A stretch of DNA of 32,000 nucleotides, taken from positions 1,620,001-1,652,000 of the forward strand of contig NZ_CP010904.1 of the NCBI RefSeq assembly GCF_001017655.1, read 5' to 3'. The position numbers and the translations under genes are program-made. The DNA comes from Kiritimatiella glycovorans (GTDB lineage: Bacteria > Verrucomicrobiota > Kiritimatiellia > Kiritimatiellales > Kiritimatiellaceae). Positions 7,429 through 15,281 of the stretch are shown here, one piece after another. The notes below the pieces were generated by a model. It had not been told where the DNA came from. It searched no databases and was given only the letters and a program-made list of their open reading frames with translations. Each line of letters starts with the position of its first letter. The stretch's first letter is position 1.

Positions 7429-8064
7429 TCAGTCGGACGAGGCGGCCGACCACACTTCCAGCCAGGCCCGGGCAATCAGCGCATGACCTGCCGGTGAAGG
7501 GTGCACCCCGTCGGGAAGCCAGAACGAGGCCTCCCGCCTCTTCTCCGCATCCCGGAACCGTTCCTGCAGGGGTACGAGCGAAAGCCCTTCCGATTCCGCC
7601 AGCGCCCGCACGATCTCGCGCTTCGGATCGAGATCTTTGAGCCATCGCTTCTGGCCGACGCGTACGGGCAGAACAAAGGGTTCACACAGGATGATCCGCG
7701 CCCCGGTCTTTTCGCGTGTGCGCCCGATCAGTTCGCGATACTCGCGTTCAAACCGTTCCGGGATCGTTTTTTCTCCGGAGTCAAAGCGACGCCACGTATC
7801 GTTAATCCCCGCGAGGATTGATACCGCATCCGGCCTGAGTGAGAGGGTGTCGTGGTCCCAGCGTGCGACGAGATCGCGGACGCGGTCCCCGCCGACGCCG
7901 CGATTGAGAAACTGCACGTTCTGTTCCGGATTGCGGGAGCCCCACAGGCCCGCGACGATCATCGCGTAGCCCCGGCCCAGATCGCCGGGTACGGTCCGGA
8001 CGCGGTCCGCGTCGGTGATGCTGTCCCCCTGAAAGAGAACGACCGTGCGGCGGGCACCACTCAT
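7429..8064 (-). CDS. SGNH/GDSL-family hydrolase (esterase/lipase-like)
   Basis: Block I is VVLFQGDSITD, block III is LAGINDTW, and block V is DGVHPSPAGH. The start ATG overlaps the helicase stop as ATGA at 8061-8064. Confidence 0.85.
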   Translation of the reverse strand: MSGARRTVVLFQGDSITDADRVRTVPGDLGRGYAMIVAGLWGSRNPEQNVQFLNRGVGGDRVRDLVARWDHDTLSLRPDAVSILAGINDTWRRFDSGEKTIPERFEREYRELIGRTREKTGARIILCEPFVLPVRVGQKRWLKDLDPKREIVRALAESEGLSLVPLQERFRDAEKRREASFWLPDGVHPSPAGHALIARAWLEVWSAASSD

Positions 8065-9638
8065 GACCGCCGCCTTCCGCCTCCCGATCGCCGGCCCCGC
8101 GGGCGCCCCGAGCGGCCCGAGCGCCGCGAACCGCTGCCGCCGCCGTCCCTCTTGCCCCGTGGCTTTGCCGCCGGTCGGGTCGGCTTCGGAAGTTCCTGCA
8201 GCAGTTCATCCGGCGGATGTTCGCAGCTAAGCCGGTCGCCAAGGAGTTCCTCGATGGCCGGAATCTCGAACGCCTCCGTCTCGGATGCGAACGTCACCGA
8301 AGTACCCTCGGAACCCGCGCGGCCCGTACGGCCGATGCGGTGCACGTAGTCCTCCGGGTTCTGCGGCGTGTTGTAGTTGATCACGTGGCTGATGTCTTCC
8401 ACGTGCAGCCCGCGTCCGGCGACATCGGTCGCGACGACGCAGCGTATCTTCCCTGACTTGTAGTGTTCGATGATACGCATGCGCTTCTTCTGATTGACCG
8501 CGCCGGAGAGGGCCTCGCAGGGAATGCCGTGCCGGTTCAGCAGGTCCGTGAGGCGGTCCACCTGGTCCCGGCGGTTGACGAATATAAGGGCCTGTCCGTG
8601 CACCACCTTCTCGAGGATGTTGTGGAGCAGCTTGAACTTCTGTTCTTCGGTGGTGATGTAGACCTTCTGGTCGATGGCCTCCGCCGCCAGCCGCTCGGGT
8701 TCGATCTCCACGCGCACGGGCTCGGTCATCCAGGAATGGGCCAGCCGCATCACACTCTCGTCCAGCGTCGCGCTGAACAGCAGCGTCTGCCGTTTGTCCT
8801 TGAACGGGGTGGCGCGCACGATCTTCCGTACGTCGGGGATGAATCCCATGTCGAGCATACGGTCGGCCTCGTCGAGCACCAGCACCTCCACCTGGCGCAG
8901 ATCGATCACGCGCCGCCGGTTGAAATCCAACAGCCGTCCCGGAGTCGCGACCACCAGGTCCACGGTGCCGTCGAGATCACGCATCTGCTTGTTGAAATCC
9001 ATCCCCCCGTAGACGCAGACCGTTTTGAACCCCGTGTATTTACCGAGATCGTGGGCGTCTTTCTCGATCTGCAGCACCAGTTCCCGGGTGGGGGCAACCA
9101 TCAGCGCACGGGGGGCGCCTTTTTTGCGTTCGCCCTGCACCGGCCGGCGGAGGAGGACGGTGAAGATCTGAATCAGAAAGGCGGCCGTCTTCCCGGTGCC
9201 GGTCTGGGCCTGGCCGGCGGCGTCCCGGCCCTGGAGCGTGTGGGGAAGAATCTCGGCCTGAATCTTCGTGCAGTACTCGAACCCGAGTTCCGCGATGGCG
9301 CGCATCACCTCGCCCGGCAGATCGAAATCGTGAAAACGGGTCCGGCCCTCCTGCGGCTCGACCTGAAACGACTCGGGCTTCCACTTCTTTTCCGCCGCCT
9401 TTCCGCCCCCGGGACGCTCCTTCGCATCCCCGGTCGCAGCGTTTTTTTCCGGCGGGCGTTCACGGCGCGGTTTTTCTTTTTCGCCCCCTGCCGGACGCCA
9501 TGTCTCGCCTTTCCGCTGCGTCTTTCCGCTTTGTTTACCCTCTTCGCGGATCCGGCCGCGCCGTTGGCGCGTCTTCGACGCTCCGCCCTCATCTGTTCCG
9601 GTGGTCTTTTTCCTCGTGAACCAGTCGCGAATACCCAT
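8061..9638 (-). CDS. DEAD-box ATP-dependent RNA helicase (RhlB/RhlE-like) with a K/E/R-rich N-terminal extension and an RG-rich C-terminal tail
   Basis: Motifs present are the Q-motif region FHDFDL...CTKIQAE, AQTGTGKTAAF, VLDEADRMLDMGF, SAT and HRIGRTGRAG. The start is either ATG 9638 or TTG 9641, downstream of GAAGGAG. Confidence 0.9.
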   Translation of the reverse strand: MGIRDWFTRKKTTGTDEGGASKTRQRRGRIREEGKQSGKTQRKGETWRPAGGEKEKPRRERPPEKNAATGDAKERPGGGKAAEKKWKPESFQVEPQEGRTRFHDFDLPGEVMRAIAELGFEYCTKIQAEILPHTLQGRDAAGQAQTGTGKTAAFLIQIFTVLLRRPVQGERKKGAPRALMVAPTRELVLQIEKDAHDLGKYTGFKTVCVYGGMDFNKQMRDLDGTVDLVVATPGRLLDFNRRRVIDLRQVEVLVLDEADRMLDMGFIPDVRKIVRATPFKDKRQTLLFSATLDESVMRLAHSWMTEPVRVEIEPERLAAEAIDQKVYITTEEQKFKLLHNILEKVVHGQALIFVNRRDQVDRLTDLLNRHGIPCEALSGAVNQKKRMRIIEHYKSGKIRCVVATDVAGRGLHVEDISHVINYNTPQNPEDYVHRIGRTGRAGSEGTSVTFASETEAFEIPAIEELLGDRLSCEHPPDELLQELPKPTRPAAKPRGKRDGGGSGSRRSGRSGRPRGRRSGGGRRRS

Positions 9639-9666
9639 CAAGTTCTCGTACTCCTTCGTTGCCGTC

Positions 9667-10881
9667 TTACGGCTCGTCGTTTACGCCGGCCGAGGCGCTG
9701 GCCAGCAGCAGGGCGTGTACCCGTTCCGCGGCGCGGGACACCGTCTGTCCCGTAATCGCCGACTCGTCAAAAGGCGCCTCGTCCGTGACCGGTCCCGCCG
9801 GGCCGTCGAGCATGGCCATCGGCACGGGGTCGTCGGTGTGTCCCCGCCGCACGATCGGCGTGCGGTGATCCGTGGCCACGATGAGCCGGTACGGGCGGTT
9901 CTGCTCTTCCAGCCAGTTCCAGACCGGGGCGACGATCTCCCGGTCGAACGCCTCGATCGCCTCGATCTTTTTGTCGGCGTCACCCATATGGCCGCATTCG
10001 TCCGGGGCCTCCACATGCAGGTAGGCGAAGGCATGGTCGCGGAGCAGATCGTACACCGCTTCGCGTTTGCCCCTGTAATTCGTATCGATAAACCCCGTGG
10101 CGCCCTCCACGTCCCGGACCTCCAGCCCGACCAGACGCCCGATGCCCTTGACCAGGGTCACCGCCGAAACCACGCCGCCGGTCATTCCGTAACGATCGCT
10201 GAACTTCGGCAGGTGCAGCGGCGCCCCCTGCCCCCACAACCAGATCTGGGTCGCGGTCCGTTCGCCGCGCTGCTCGCGCCTGCGGTTCACGGGATGGCCG
10301 GCGAGAATCGTGCGTGATCGTTCCATCAGGCGGGTGATCGCTTCCGCGCCCTCGCCCGTCGGCATGTGCGCCGCCGTCACGTCGCCCGAAAATTCGTGCG
10401 GGGGCTCGGTGCGCAGGCTGCGGGGCCCGTTCTTAATCACCATCAGGTGGCGGTACCCGACGCCGGGATAAAAGGCGATGCCCTCTCCGCCCAGTTCCCG
10501 CTGGAGGTCGCCCATCAGTTCGGCTCCCTCCTCATCGGTAATATGCCCTGCGGAATAGTCCTCCATCATCCCCTCGCGCACATGCACGAGATTGCAGCGG
10601 AAGGCGATGTCGTCCGGCTCCAGACTCATGCCCATCCCCGCGGCCTCGATCGGGGCGCGGCCCGTATAGTGCTCGCCGGCGTCGTACCCCATCAGCGCCA
10701 TGTTGGCCACGTCGCTGCCGGGCTCCATGCCCTCGGGTATCGTGCGCACCGGAAAGACGCGGCCGGCGGCGGCGATCCGCCGCATCGCCGGAATGCGGGC
10801 CAGTTCCAGCGGTGTGCGCCCGCCCCGCTCCTCCAGGGGGTAGTCGCCCATGCCGTCGCCCGTGAGTATTACCGTTCGCAT
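9667..10881 (-). CDS. apgM: Cofactor-independent phosphoglycerate mutase, archaeal-type (ApgM family metalloenzyme)
   Basis: MRTVILTGDGMGDYPLEE...GRTPLELARIPAMRRIAAAG...PGSDVANMALMGYD...FRCNLV...AHMGD...ATDHRTP follows the ApgM/PhosphMutase pattern at about 400 aa. Confidence 0.8.
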   Translation of the reverse strand: MRTVILTGDGMGDYPLEERGGRTPLELARIPAMRRIAAAGRVFPVRTIPEGMEPGSDVANMALMGYDAGEHYTGRAPIEAAGMGMSLEPDDIAFRCNLVHVREGMMEDYSAGHITDEEGAELMGDLQRELGGEGIAFYPGVGYRHLMVIKNGPRSLRTEPPHEFSGDVTAAHMPTGEGAEAITRLMERSRTILAGHPVNRRREQRGERTATQIWLWGQGAPLHLPKFSDRYGMTGGVVSAVTLVKGIGRLVGLEVRDVEGATGFIDTNYRGKREAVYDLLRDHAFAYLHVEAPDECGHMGDADKKIEAIEAFDREIVAPVWNWLEEQNRPYRLIVATDHRTPIVRRGHTDDPVPMAMLDGPAGPVTDEAPFDESAITGQTVSRAAERVHALLLASASAGVNDEP

Positions 10882-10950
10882 AAAAACGTCCTTTCCTGCA
10901 ACCGGGAGAGCATGACGGAAACCGCGGAGGCACTCAATCCAAATCCGGAC

Positions 10951-10979
10951 TTCCCAGAGCGCGGTCCGCCGCGCATAAT
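10951..10979 (+). promoter_or_regulatory. Candidate sigma-70 promoter for the Zn-ribbon-EIIA gene
   Basis: TTCCCA (10951-10956), a 17-nt spacer, then CATAAT (10974-10979), about 47 nt upstream of ATG 11026. Confidence 0.3.
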
Positions 10980-11025
10980 GGCCGGTTTGAAGCGAAGGAA
11001 AACGTATTCAGGGAGGATTTCCGTT

Positions 11026-11898
11026 ATGGTACCGCCTTCATCTCACCAGCCCGACCCGCACGTTCAGGGCACCCTGAACACGCTCATTCAGCTCCAGGAC
11101 CTCGTGCTTGCGCGGGACGAACGCAAGGCCGCCGGCCCCGGCAAAAGGCTCGCGGAACTGAACCGTTCGATCGAGGCCATGCTCGACGAACTCGCCGCGG
11201 ACCGGCGCACTCACATCCGGCAGCTCCTGCGCCGTTCGCCGCTGGCCGTGGTGCCCATACACCACCGGACCTGCACCGGCTGCGGAATGGCCCTCCCCGT
11301 CAGTCTCGTAAACAATGTGCATGCCGCGCGTGCCATCTACCGCTGCCCGAGCTGCACGCGAATCCTCTATTACCGCGAGAGCGAGATCAGGCGCCGCCCC
11401 GAACGGCGCCGGCGGCGGGCGAACGACCGCAAGGGCCTGGAACGATTTTCCTGTGAAGCGCTGATGATCCCCCGCCTGGGGGGCGGCACCCCGGAAGAGG
11501 TGCTCGGTCAGATGTGCCGCTGCATGGAGGAGCAGGGGTTCATCGAGAACTCCGATGCGCTCCTGGAGCAGGCCATGCAGAGGGAGGCGATCTCGACGAC
11601 GGCGATGGAGCACGGCATCGCGTTTCCCCACGTGCGCGGGGTCGAAGGCGGGGGGCTCACGCTCGCGGCGGGCGTGCACCGCAAGGGGATTCATTTCGAT
11701 CCCGACAGCCGCCGTCTGTCGCGCATCTTCCTCTTCATGACCATCCCCACCGCGGCGAGCGCGTTCTACCTCCGGCTCGTCTCCGGCCTCTCGGAATCGC
11801 TCAGCAGGAAGGAAGTGCGCGAAGAGGTGCTCGGCGCCGAAACGCCGCAGGAACTCTGGAAACGGCTGCAGAAAGCGACCCGGAAGACGGTGCGCTGA
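11026..11898 (+). CDS. Fusion protein: COG1579-type coiled-coil/C4 zinc-ribbon N-terminus plus a PTS EIIA type-2 (EIIA-Ntr/PtsN-like) C-terminus
   Basis: The start is ATG 11026, with GGGAGGA 8 nt upstream. The Zn ribbon is CTGCGMALPVSLVNNVHAARAIYRCPSCTRILYY (C-x2-C-x21-C-x2-C). The EIIA core is REAISTTAMEHGIAFPHVRG, which includes the conserved phospho-His context. The 510-aa ORF-track version extends antisense into apgM and is rejected. Confidence 0.8.
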   Translation: MVPPSSHQPDPHVQGTLNTLIQLQDLVLARDERKAAGPGKRLAELNRSIEAMLDELAADRRTHIRQLLRRSPLAVVPIHHRTCTGCGMALPVSLVNNVHAARAIYRCPSCTRILYYRESEIRRRPERRRRRANDRKGLERFSCEALMIPRLGGGTPEEVLGQMCRCMEEQGFIENSDALLEQAMQREAISTTAMEHGIAFPHVRGVEGGGLTLAAGVHRKGIHFDPDSRRLSRIFLFMTIPTAASAFYLRLVSGLSESLSRKEVREEVLGAETPQELWKRLQKATRKTVR

Positions 11899-11914
11899 GC
11901 GCCTGCTTACGCCG
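11876..11914. repeat. 39-bp perfect direct repeat, copy A (partner at 12604-12642)
   Basis: cgacccggaagacggtgcgctgagcgcctgcttacgccg is identical at both positions. Copy A contains the last codons and the stop of the EIIA-fusion gene. Confidence 0.95.
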
Positions 11915-12017
11915 TCTGTTTAAAGAGCTGCTGCAAAAGGCGCAACGGCCCGCTGACTCCCAAGGCGATCAGCGGGCCGGTGTCGGCGATGATGACTTGC
12001 TGTCTGCCGGCGTTCAC
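11907..12017 (-). pseudogene. Truncated PIN-domain toxin (DUF3368-like); only about 36 N-terminal codons remain
   Basis: A GTG start overlaps the antitoxin stop as GTGA. My translation is VNAGRQQVIIADTGPLIALGVSGPLRLLQQLFKQTA*, which matches the N-terminal D-containing strand-helix of PIN/DUF3368 toxins. The frame then runs into repeat copy A and stops. Confidence 0.6.
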
Positions 12018-12501
12018 TCAAAAACGCTCTGCTCGTCTTCCAGCTCCGCAGGGGAATAATCGACGGCGTCGATATTCGAAACCTTGAGCACCTCCAGGAA
12101 TTCTTCCACCGAAAGATCTGCAATTTTTGCCGCTTGAACCAGCGTAACCTGTTTTTGCTCAAAAAGGGTTGCCGCCAGATGATGATGGGCCCCCTGTTCC
12201 ATCAAACGGGCATTAAACGGCAGCGCGATAGCCGCCGGGCGCCCGTGCAGCGATTCTCATTATGGCTTCACCCTTTTCGGTCGGGGTGGCACCCGACCCT
12301 CCCAGTGCCCGAAAATGCGTCGGATATCGACTCGGGAGGGACGGCTGCCACGCCGTCCGCGGTCGGAATGCGGCCATAATGAGAACTGCTGCGCCCGTGG
12401 GTTGTTATGATGGACAGGTGTCCGGCCTGAGCTTCTTTAATCAGTTTTCCGGCCTTGCTTCGCAGATCACGGGAAGAAAAGACATCAACGGTTTTTTGCA
12501 T
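12014..12501 (-). pseudogene. Antitoxin gene (Phd/YefM-like N-terminus plus UPF0175 domain) split by a MITE insertion
   Basis: The 5' part, MQKTVDVFSSRDLRSKAGKLIKEAQAGHLSIITTHGR (12501-12391), runs into the MITE. The 3' part (12238-12014) contains the UPF0175-like LVQAAKIADLSVEEFLEVLKVSNI. Deleting the MITE and one target duplication joins the two parts in frame. Confidence 0.7.
12248..12390 (-). mobile_element. MITE copy 2 (143/144 bp, opposite orientation to copy 1) with an 8-9 bp target-site duplication
   Basis: The terminal repeats are the same as in copy 1. The flanking sequence gcgcccgtg is present at 12239-12247 and 12391-12399. By manual alignment it differs from the reverse complement of copy 1 at only 2 positions. 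Confidence 0.85.
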
Positions 12502-12603
12502 AAGAAACTCCATATTGTCATCACAATACGTATCACATTTTTCACATTTTTCAGCGGTCAATCTCCTTTCACCTGCTTACCTGGGGCGCGCCCGGGGTCG
12601 GAC

Positions 12604-12642
12604 CGACCCGGAAGACGGTGCGCTGAGCGCCTGCTTACGCCG
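12604..12642. repeat. 39-bp perfect direct repeat, copy B
   Basis: Identical to 11876-11914. It overlaps the last codons and the stop (12635-12637) of the EndoIII-related gene. Confidence 0.95.
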
Positions 12643-13270
12643 CGGGCGTCGTCAGCGGGCAGTCTTCGCAGCGCGGGGTGCGGCGGCAGTATTCTTTGCC
12701 GACCCGCACCAGCAGCGCATGAAATTCGTTGAACAGCGCGGGATCGCGCGGGAGCTGTCCGGTGAACCACTGCGCCAGATCATCGTACGACGCCTTCTCA
12801 CGGCAGGCCCCGTGGCGTAGCAGCACCCGGCGCGTGTAGGCGTCGATCACAAACACCGGGCGGTTTCCGGCGTAGAGGAGCATGCTGTCCGCGGTCTCCG
12901 CCCCCACGCCGCGCACCGCGAGCAGCTGTTCGCGCAGCGCGCCCGTGCTCTCCGCGAACATTCGATCGAGCGATCCCCCGTAGCTTTCGATGAAGAAGCG
13001 CACGAAGGCCTTCAAACGGTCCGCCTTGACGTTGAAGTAGCCCGCCGGACGGATCAGGCCGGCCAGTTCGGGCGCCGGCATCCTGTCGATCGCCCGCGCG
13101 TCGAGCACGCCCGCCTCGCGGAGACGGGCGATCGCGCGCTCCACGTTGCGCCAGTTCGTATTCTGCGTCAGGATCGCACCGACCATGACCTCGAATCCGC
13201 TCTCTGCGGGCCACCAGTGCTGCGCCCCCCAGCGGCGGTACAGCGCTTCGTAGATTTCCATGGCGTCCAT
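12635..13270 (-). CDS. Endonuclease III-related HhH-GPD family protein (COG2231-like)
   Basis: WWPAESGFEVMVGAILTQNTNWRNVERA...LLAVRGVGAETADSMLLYA...VIDAYTRRV carries the helix-hairpin-helix GPD pattern. The Cys-rich C-terminus is CRRTPRCEDCPL. Confidence 0.85.
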   Translation of the reverse strand: MDAMEIYEALYRRWGAQHWWPAESGFEVMVGAILTQNTNWRNVERAIARLREAGVLDARAIDRMPAPELAGLIRPAGYFNVKADRLKAFVRFFIESYGGSLDRMFAESTGALREQLLAVRGVGAETADSMLLYAGNRPVFVIDAYTRRVLLRHGACREKASYDDLAQWFTGQLPRDPALFNEFHALLVRVGKEYCRRTPRCEDCPLTTPAA

Positions 13271-13396
13271 CGGTGTTCTCCGCGATTCGCGAGGAGTCGC
13301 GCCGGCGTCCGGCGACCCGCACTATGTCCGATCGTCGCCGGACGATAAAACATCTTTTCGGTTGAGTGCCGCGGGGCGGAAAAGGAGAATATCCGC

Positions 13397-14314
13397 ATGA
13401 CGCAGCCTCCGCTTCCATCCCGTTCCGGCATCGCCGCGCTGATCGGACGCGCCAACGCCGGGAAGTCCACCCTGCTCAACCGGATGGTGGAGGAGAAGGT
13501 GGCCATTGTGAGCGGCACCGCGCAGACGACCCGCAACCTGATCCGGGCGGTACTGACCGATCCCCGGGGCCAGATCGTCTTTCTCGACACCCCCGGAATC
13601 CATCGCGCGAAGGAGCCGCTGGGCAGGAGAATGAACAAAATCGCGCGCAATGCGGCGGACGGCGTGGATGCGGCGCTGCTGATCGTGGACGCGTCGGCGC
13701 CGCCCGCGATGGAGGACGAGGGGTGGATCCGCCGGCTGCTCTTCTCGGAGTCGCACGTGCTGGTCGTGCTGAACAAGGACGATCTGGGAGGGCGCCATGC
13801 CCGGGCCTACCGCGACTGCTGGGAACGGGTGGCGGAAGAAAAAGGGCGGGACCGCCGCGCGGAGTGGCACACGGTGTCCGCCCTGACCGGAGCCGGGATC
13901 CCCGAACTGATGGAACGGCTCTTCGAGCTGATGCCCGCGGGTCCCCTGCTCTTCCCTCCCGACGTGCTGACCGATTATCCGCGCAAGCTCAACATCGGCG
14001 ACCTCATCCGCGAACAATTCTTCCGGCGCCTGCGTGAAGAGGTGCCTCACGCGCTGGCGGTCCGGGTTGAAAACATCGAGGAAACCGACGCCGGCGGCGG
14101 CTGGAACATCAGCGCCACCGTGTACGTCGACCGCCACAGCCAGAAGGGGATCGTCATCGGCCACAAGGGCAGGCTGATCAAAAAAGTCCGCGAAGAGGCG
14201 CGGCGCGAGGTGCGGAAGATGTACGACCGCCCCGTCGCGCTCGAACTGCGCGTCAAAGTCGAACCGAAGTGGCGGGAGAACTACTGGATCCTGCGCGAGC
14301 TGGGCTATGCCTAG
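13397..14314 (+). CDS. era: GTPase Era
   Basis: G1 is GRANAGKST, G3 is DTPG and G4 is NKDD. The C-terminal KH domain is VDRHSQKGIVIGHKGRLIKKV. An AAGGAG lies 9 nt upstream of the ATG. Confidence 0.95.
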   Translation: MTQPPLPSRSGIAALIGRANAGKSTLLNRMVEEKVAIVSGTAQTTRNLIRAVLTDPRGQIVFLDTPGIHRAKEPLGRRMNKIARNAADGVDAALLIVDASAPPAMEDEGWIRRLLFSESHVLVVLNKDDLGGRHARAYRDCWERVAEEKGRDRRAEWHTVSALTGAGIPELMERLFELMPAGPLLFPPDVLTDYPRKLNIGDLIREQFFRRLREEVPHALAVRVENIEETDAGGGWNISATVYVDRHSQKGIVIGHKGRLIKKVREEARREVRKMYDRPVALELRVKVEPKWRENYWILRELGYA

Positions 14315-14335
14315 TCCGGTCGGCCGACCGCCGGA

Positions 14336-15124
14336 TCAGAAACGGCAGCGGACGCCGACCGCGGTCCACACCGTATCCCGGGGCGCCCCCTCCCCCGCTC
14401 CGTCCGGCCGCGCGGCGTCGAAACGGCGGGCCCAGGCGATACGCCCTTCCAGCGAGAGCCGCGCGCTGAGCGCACAGCTCAACCGCACGGCCGCCTCGAA
14501 ATCGGTCAGCCCGCCCGCGGCTCCCGGCTGTACGTCGTAGTGATACCACCAGTGGTTGTGTCTTGCGCTCCCGGCCCCGAGATCGGCGCTCAGTCCCAGC
14601 ATGACGTTATCGACCGCTTCGATCTCGCGCAGCACCCCCGCCCGGCCGTACCATCCACCGGCCCGGTCGACATCCATCGCCACGGAAGCGCGGGGCACCG
14701 CGAAAAAGGCCCCGTTCCACTGTCCGCGCAGGTAGAGTTCCGAGGTGCCCGAGGAGGTTTCCGCTGCGCGGCGGCGGGCGGGCGCGAACCCCGAGAGCGC
14801 GGGAGGGCGCTGAACATCGTAATAATAACCGCGCCACCCCGCCTCCCAGTCGAGGTTTTCACAGACGCCGCGCACGTACACCGCCGGGTCTATTTCATGG
14901 GCCGCATCGCCGCTATACGTCGTAAGCCGGATACCGTATTCCGCGTTCGGGCGGCGGACCGCCGCGTCGGCCTCCGCCCGCAGCAGGAGATCGTCGTGAC
15001 GTTCCAGACCGCGGAACACCCGAGCCGAATCCACCCCCGCAGCCGTCTCGATCGCCGGCCCGCCCGCCCCGACCGGCAGGGTCAGGCCGGCCCACAGACA
15101 ACAGAACAGGATGCGCACACTCAC
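14336..15124 (-). CDS. Outer-membrane beta-barrel protein, diverged paralogue of the adjacent TorF-like porin
   Basis: A GTG start at 15124 follows AGGGAG. It has a signal peptide, then AAGVDSARVFRG, which parallels VGVDAASAYVFRG of the neighbouring gene. It is rich in alternating aromatic residues and ends in a terminal Phe (...GVRCRF). Confidence 0.6.
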   Translation of the reverse strand: MSVRILFCCLWAGLTLPVGAGGPAIETAAGVDSARVFRGLERHDDLLLRAEADAAVRRPNAEYGIRLTTYSGDAAHEIDPAVYVRGVCENLDWEAGWRGYYYDVQRPPALSGFAPARRRAAETSSGTSELYLRGQWNGAFFAVPRASVAMDVDRAGGWYGRAGVLREIEAVDNVMLGLSADLGAGSARHNHWWYHYDVQPGAAGGLTDFEAAVRLSCALSARLSLEGRIAWARRFDAARPDGAGEGAPRDTVWTAVGVRCRF

Positions 15125-15224
15125 AGCCGATCTCCCTTTCGCCGAATTCCGAAATCACGCGGATGACCGTAAAATCAGGAGAGTTTCTTTTCGAGGCAGA
15201 ATTTGACCGGGCAGCGGTGAAACC

Positions 15225-15255
15225 AAAAAAAGGACGCCCCCGCGAACGGGGACGC
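15225..15255 (-). terminator. Rho-independent terminator after the porin gene
   Basis: The minus-strand RNA reads GCGUCCCCG-UUCG-CGGGGGCGU, a 9-bp stem including two G-U pairs with a UUCG tetraloop, followed by CC and UUUUUUU. Confidence 0.7.
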
Positions 15256-15281
15256 CCTGCGTCCTGGAGGAGACGCCTGAG

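Noticed and set aside
10366-11025. N-terminal 220-aa extension of the Zn-ribbon-EIIA ORF, giving the 510-aa version in the ORF track.
   Set aside because: The extension is antisense to the well-supported apgM gene and crosses the intergenic region. A good SD and ATG exist at 11026.
11947-11978. A perfect 10-bp inverted repeat, GGCCCGCTGA-n12-TCAGCGGGCC, 49 nt downstream of the EIIA-fusion gene. I considered it as a terminator.
   Set aside because: No U-tract follows it. It lies within the PIN remnant coding sequence (GPLIALGVSGP), so it may be coincidental. It is noted only as a possible weak terminator.
12268-12561. A 97-aa ORF treated as an intact small gene. It has a Cys-rich N-terminus, MTAEKCEKCDTYC.
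   Set aside because: Its C-terminal 60 codons are translated MITE sequence. The TTG start sits 1 nt after the SD-like AAGGAGA. The real gene is the disrupted antitoxin starting at ATG 12501.
12635-12700. The EndoIII-related protein shows only three Cys (CRRTPRCEDCPLTTPAA*) where a four-Cys Fe-S motif is usual. I suspected the TA-cassette insertion had truncated it.
   Set aside because: Its stop codon lies inside the duplicated 39-mer, so the same C-terminus existed before the insertion. Without an alignment I cannot say whether this subfamily normally has the fourth Cys.
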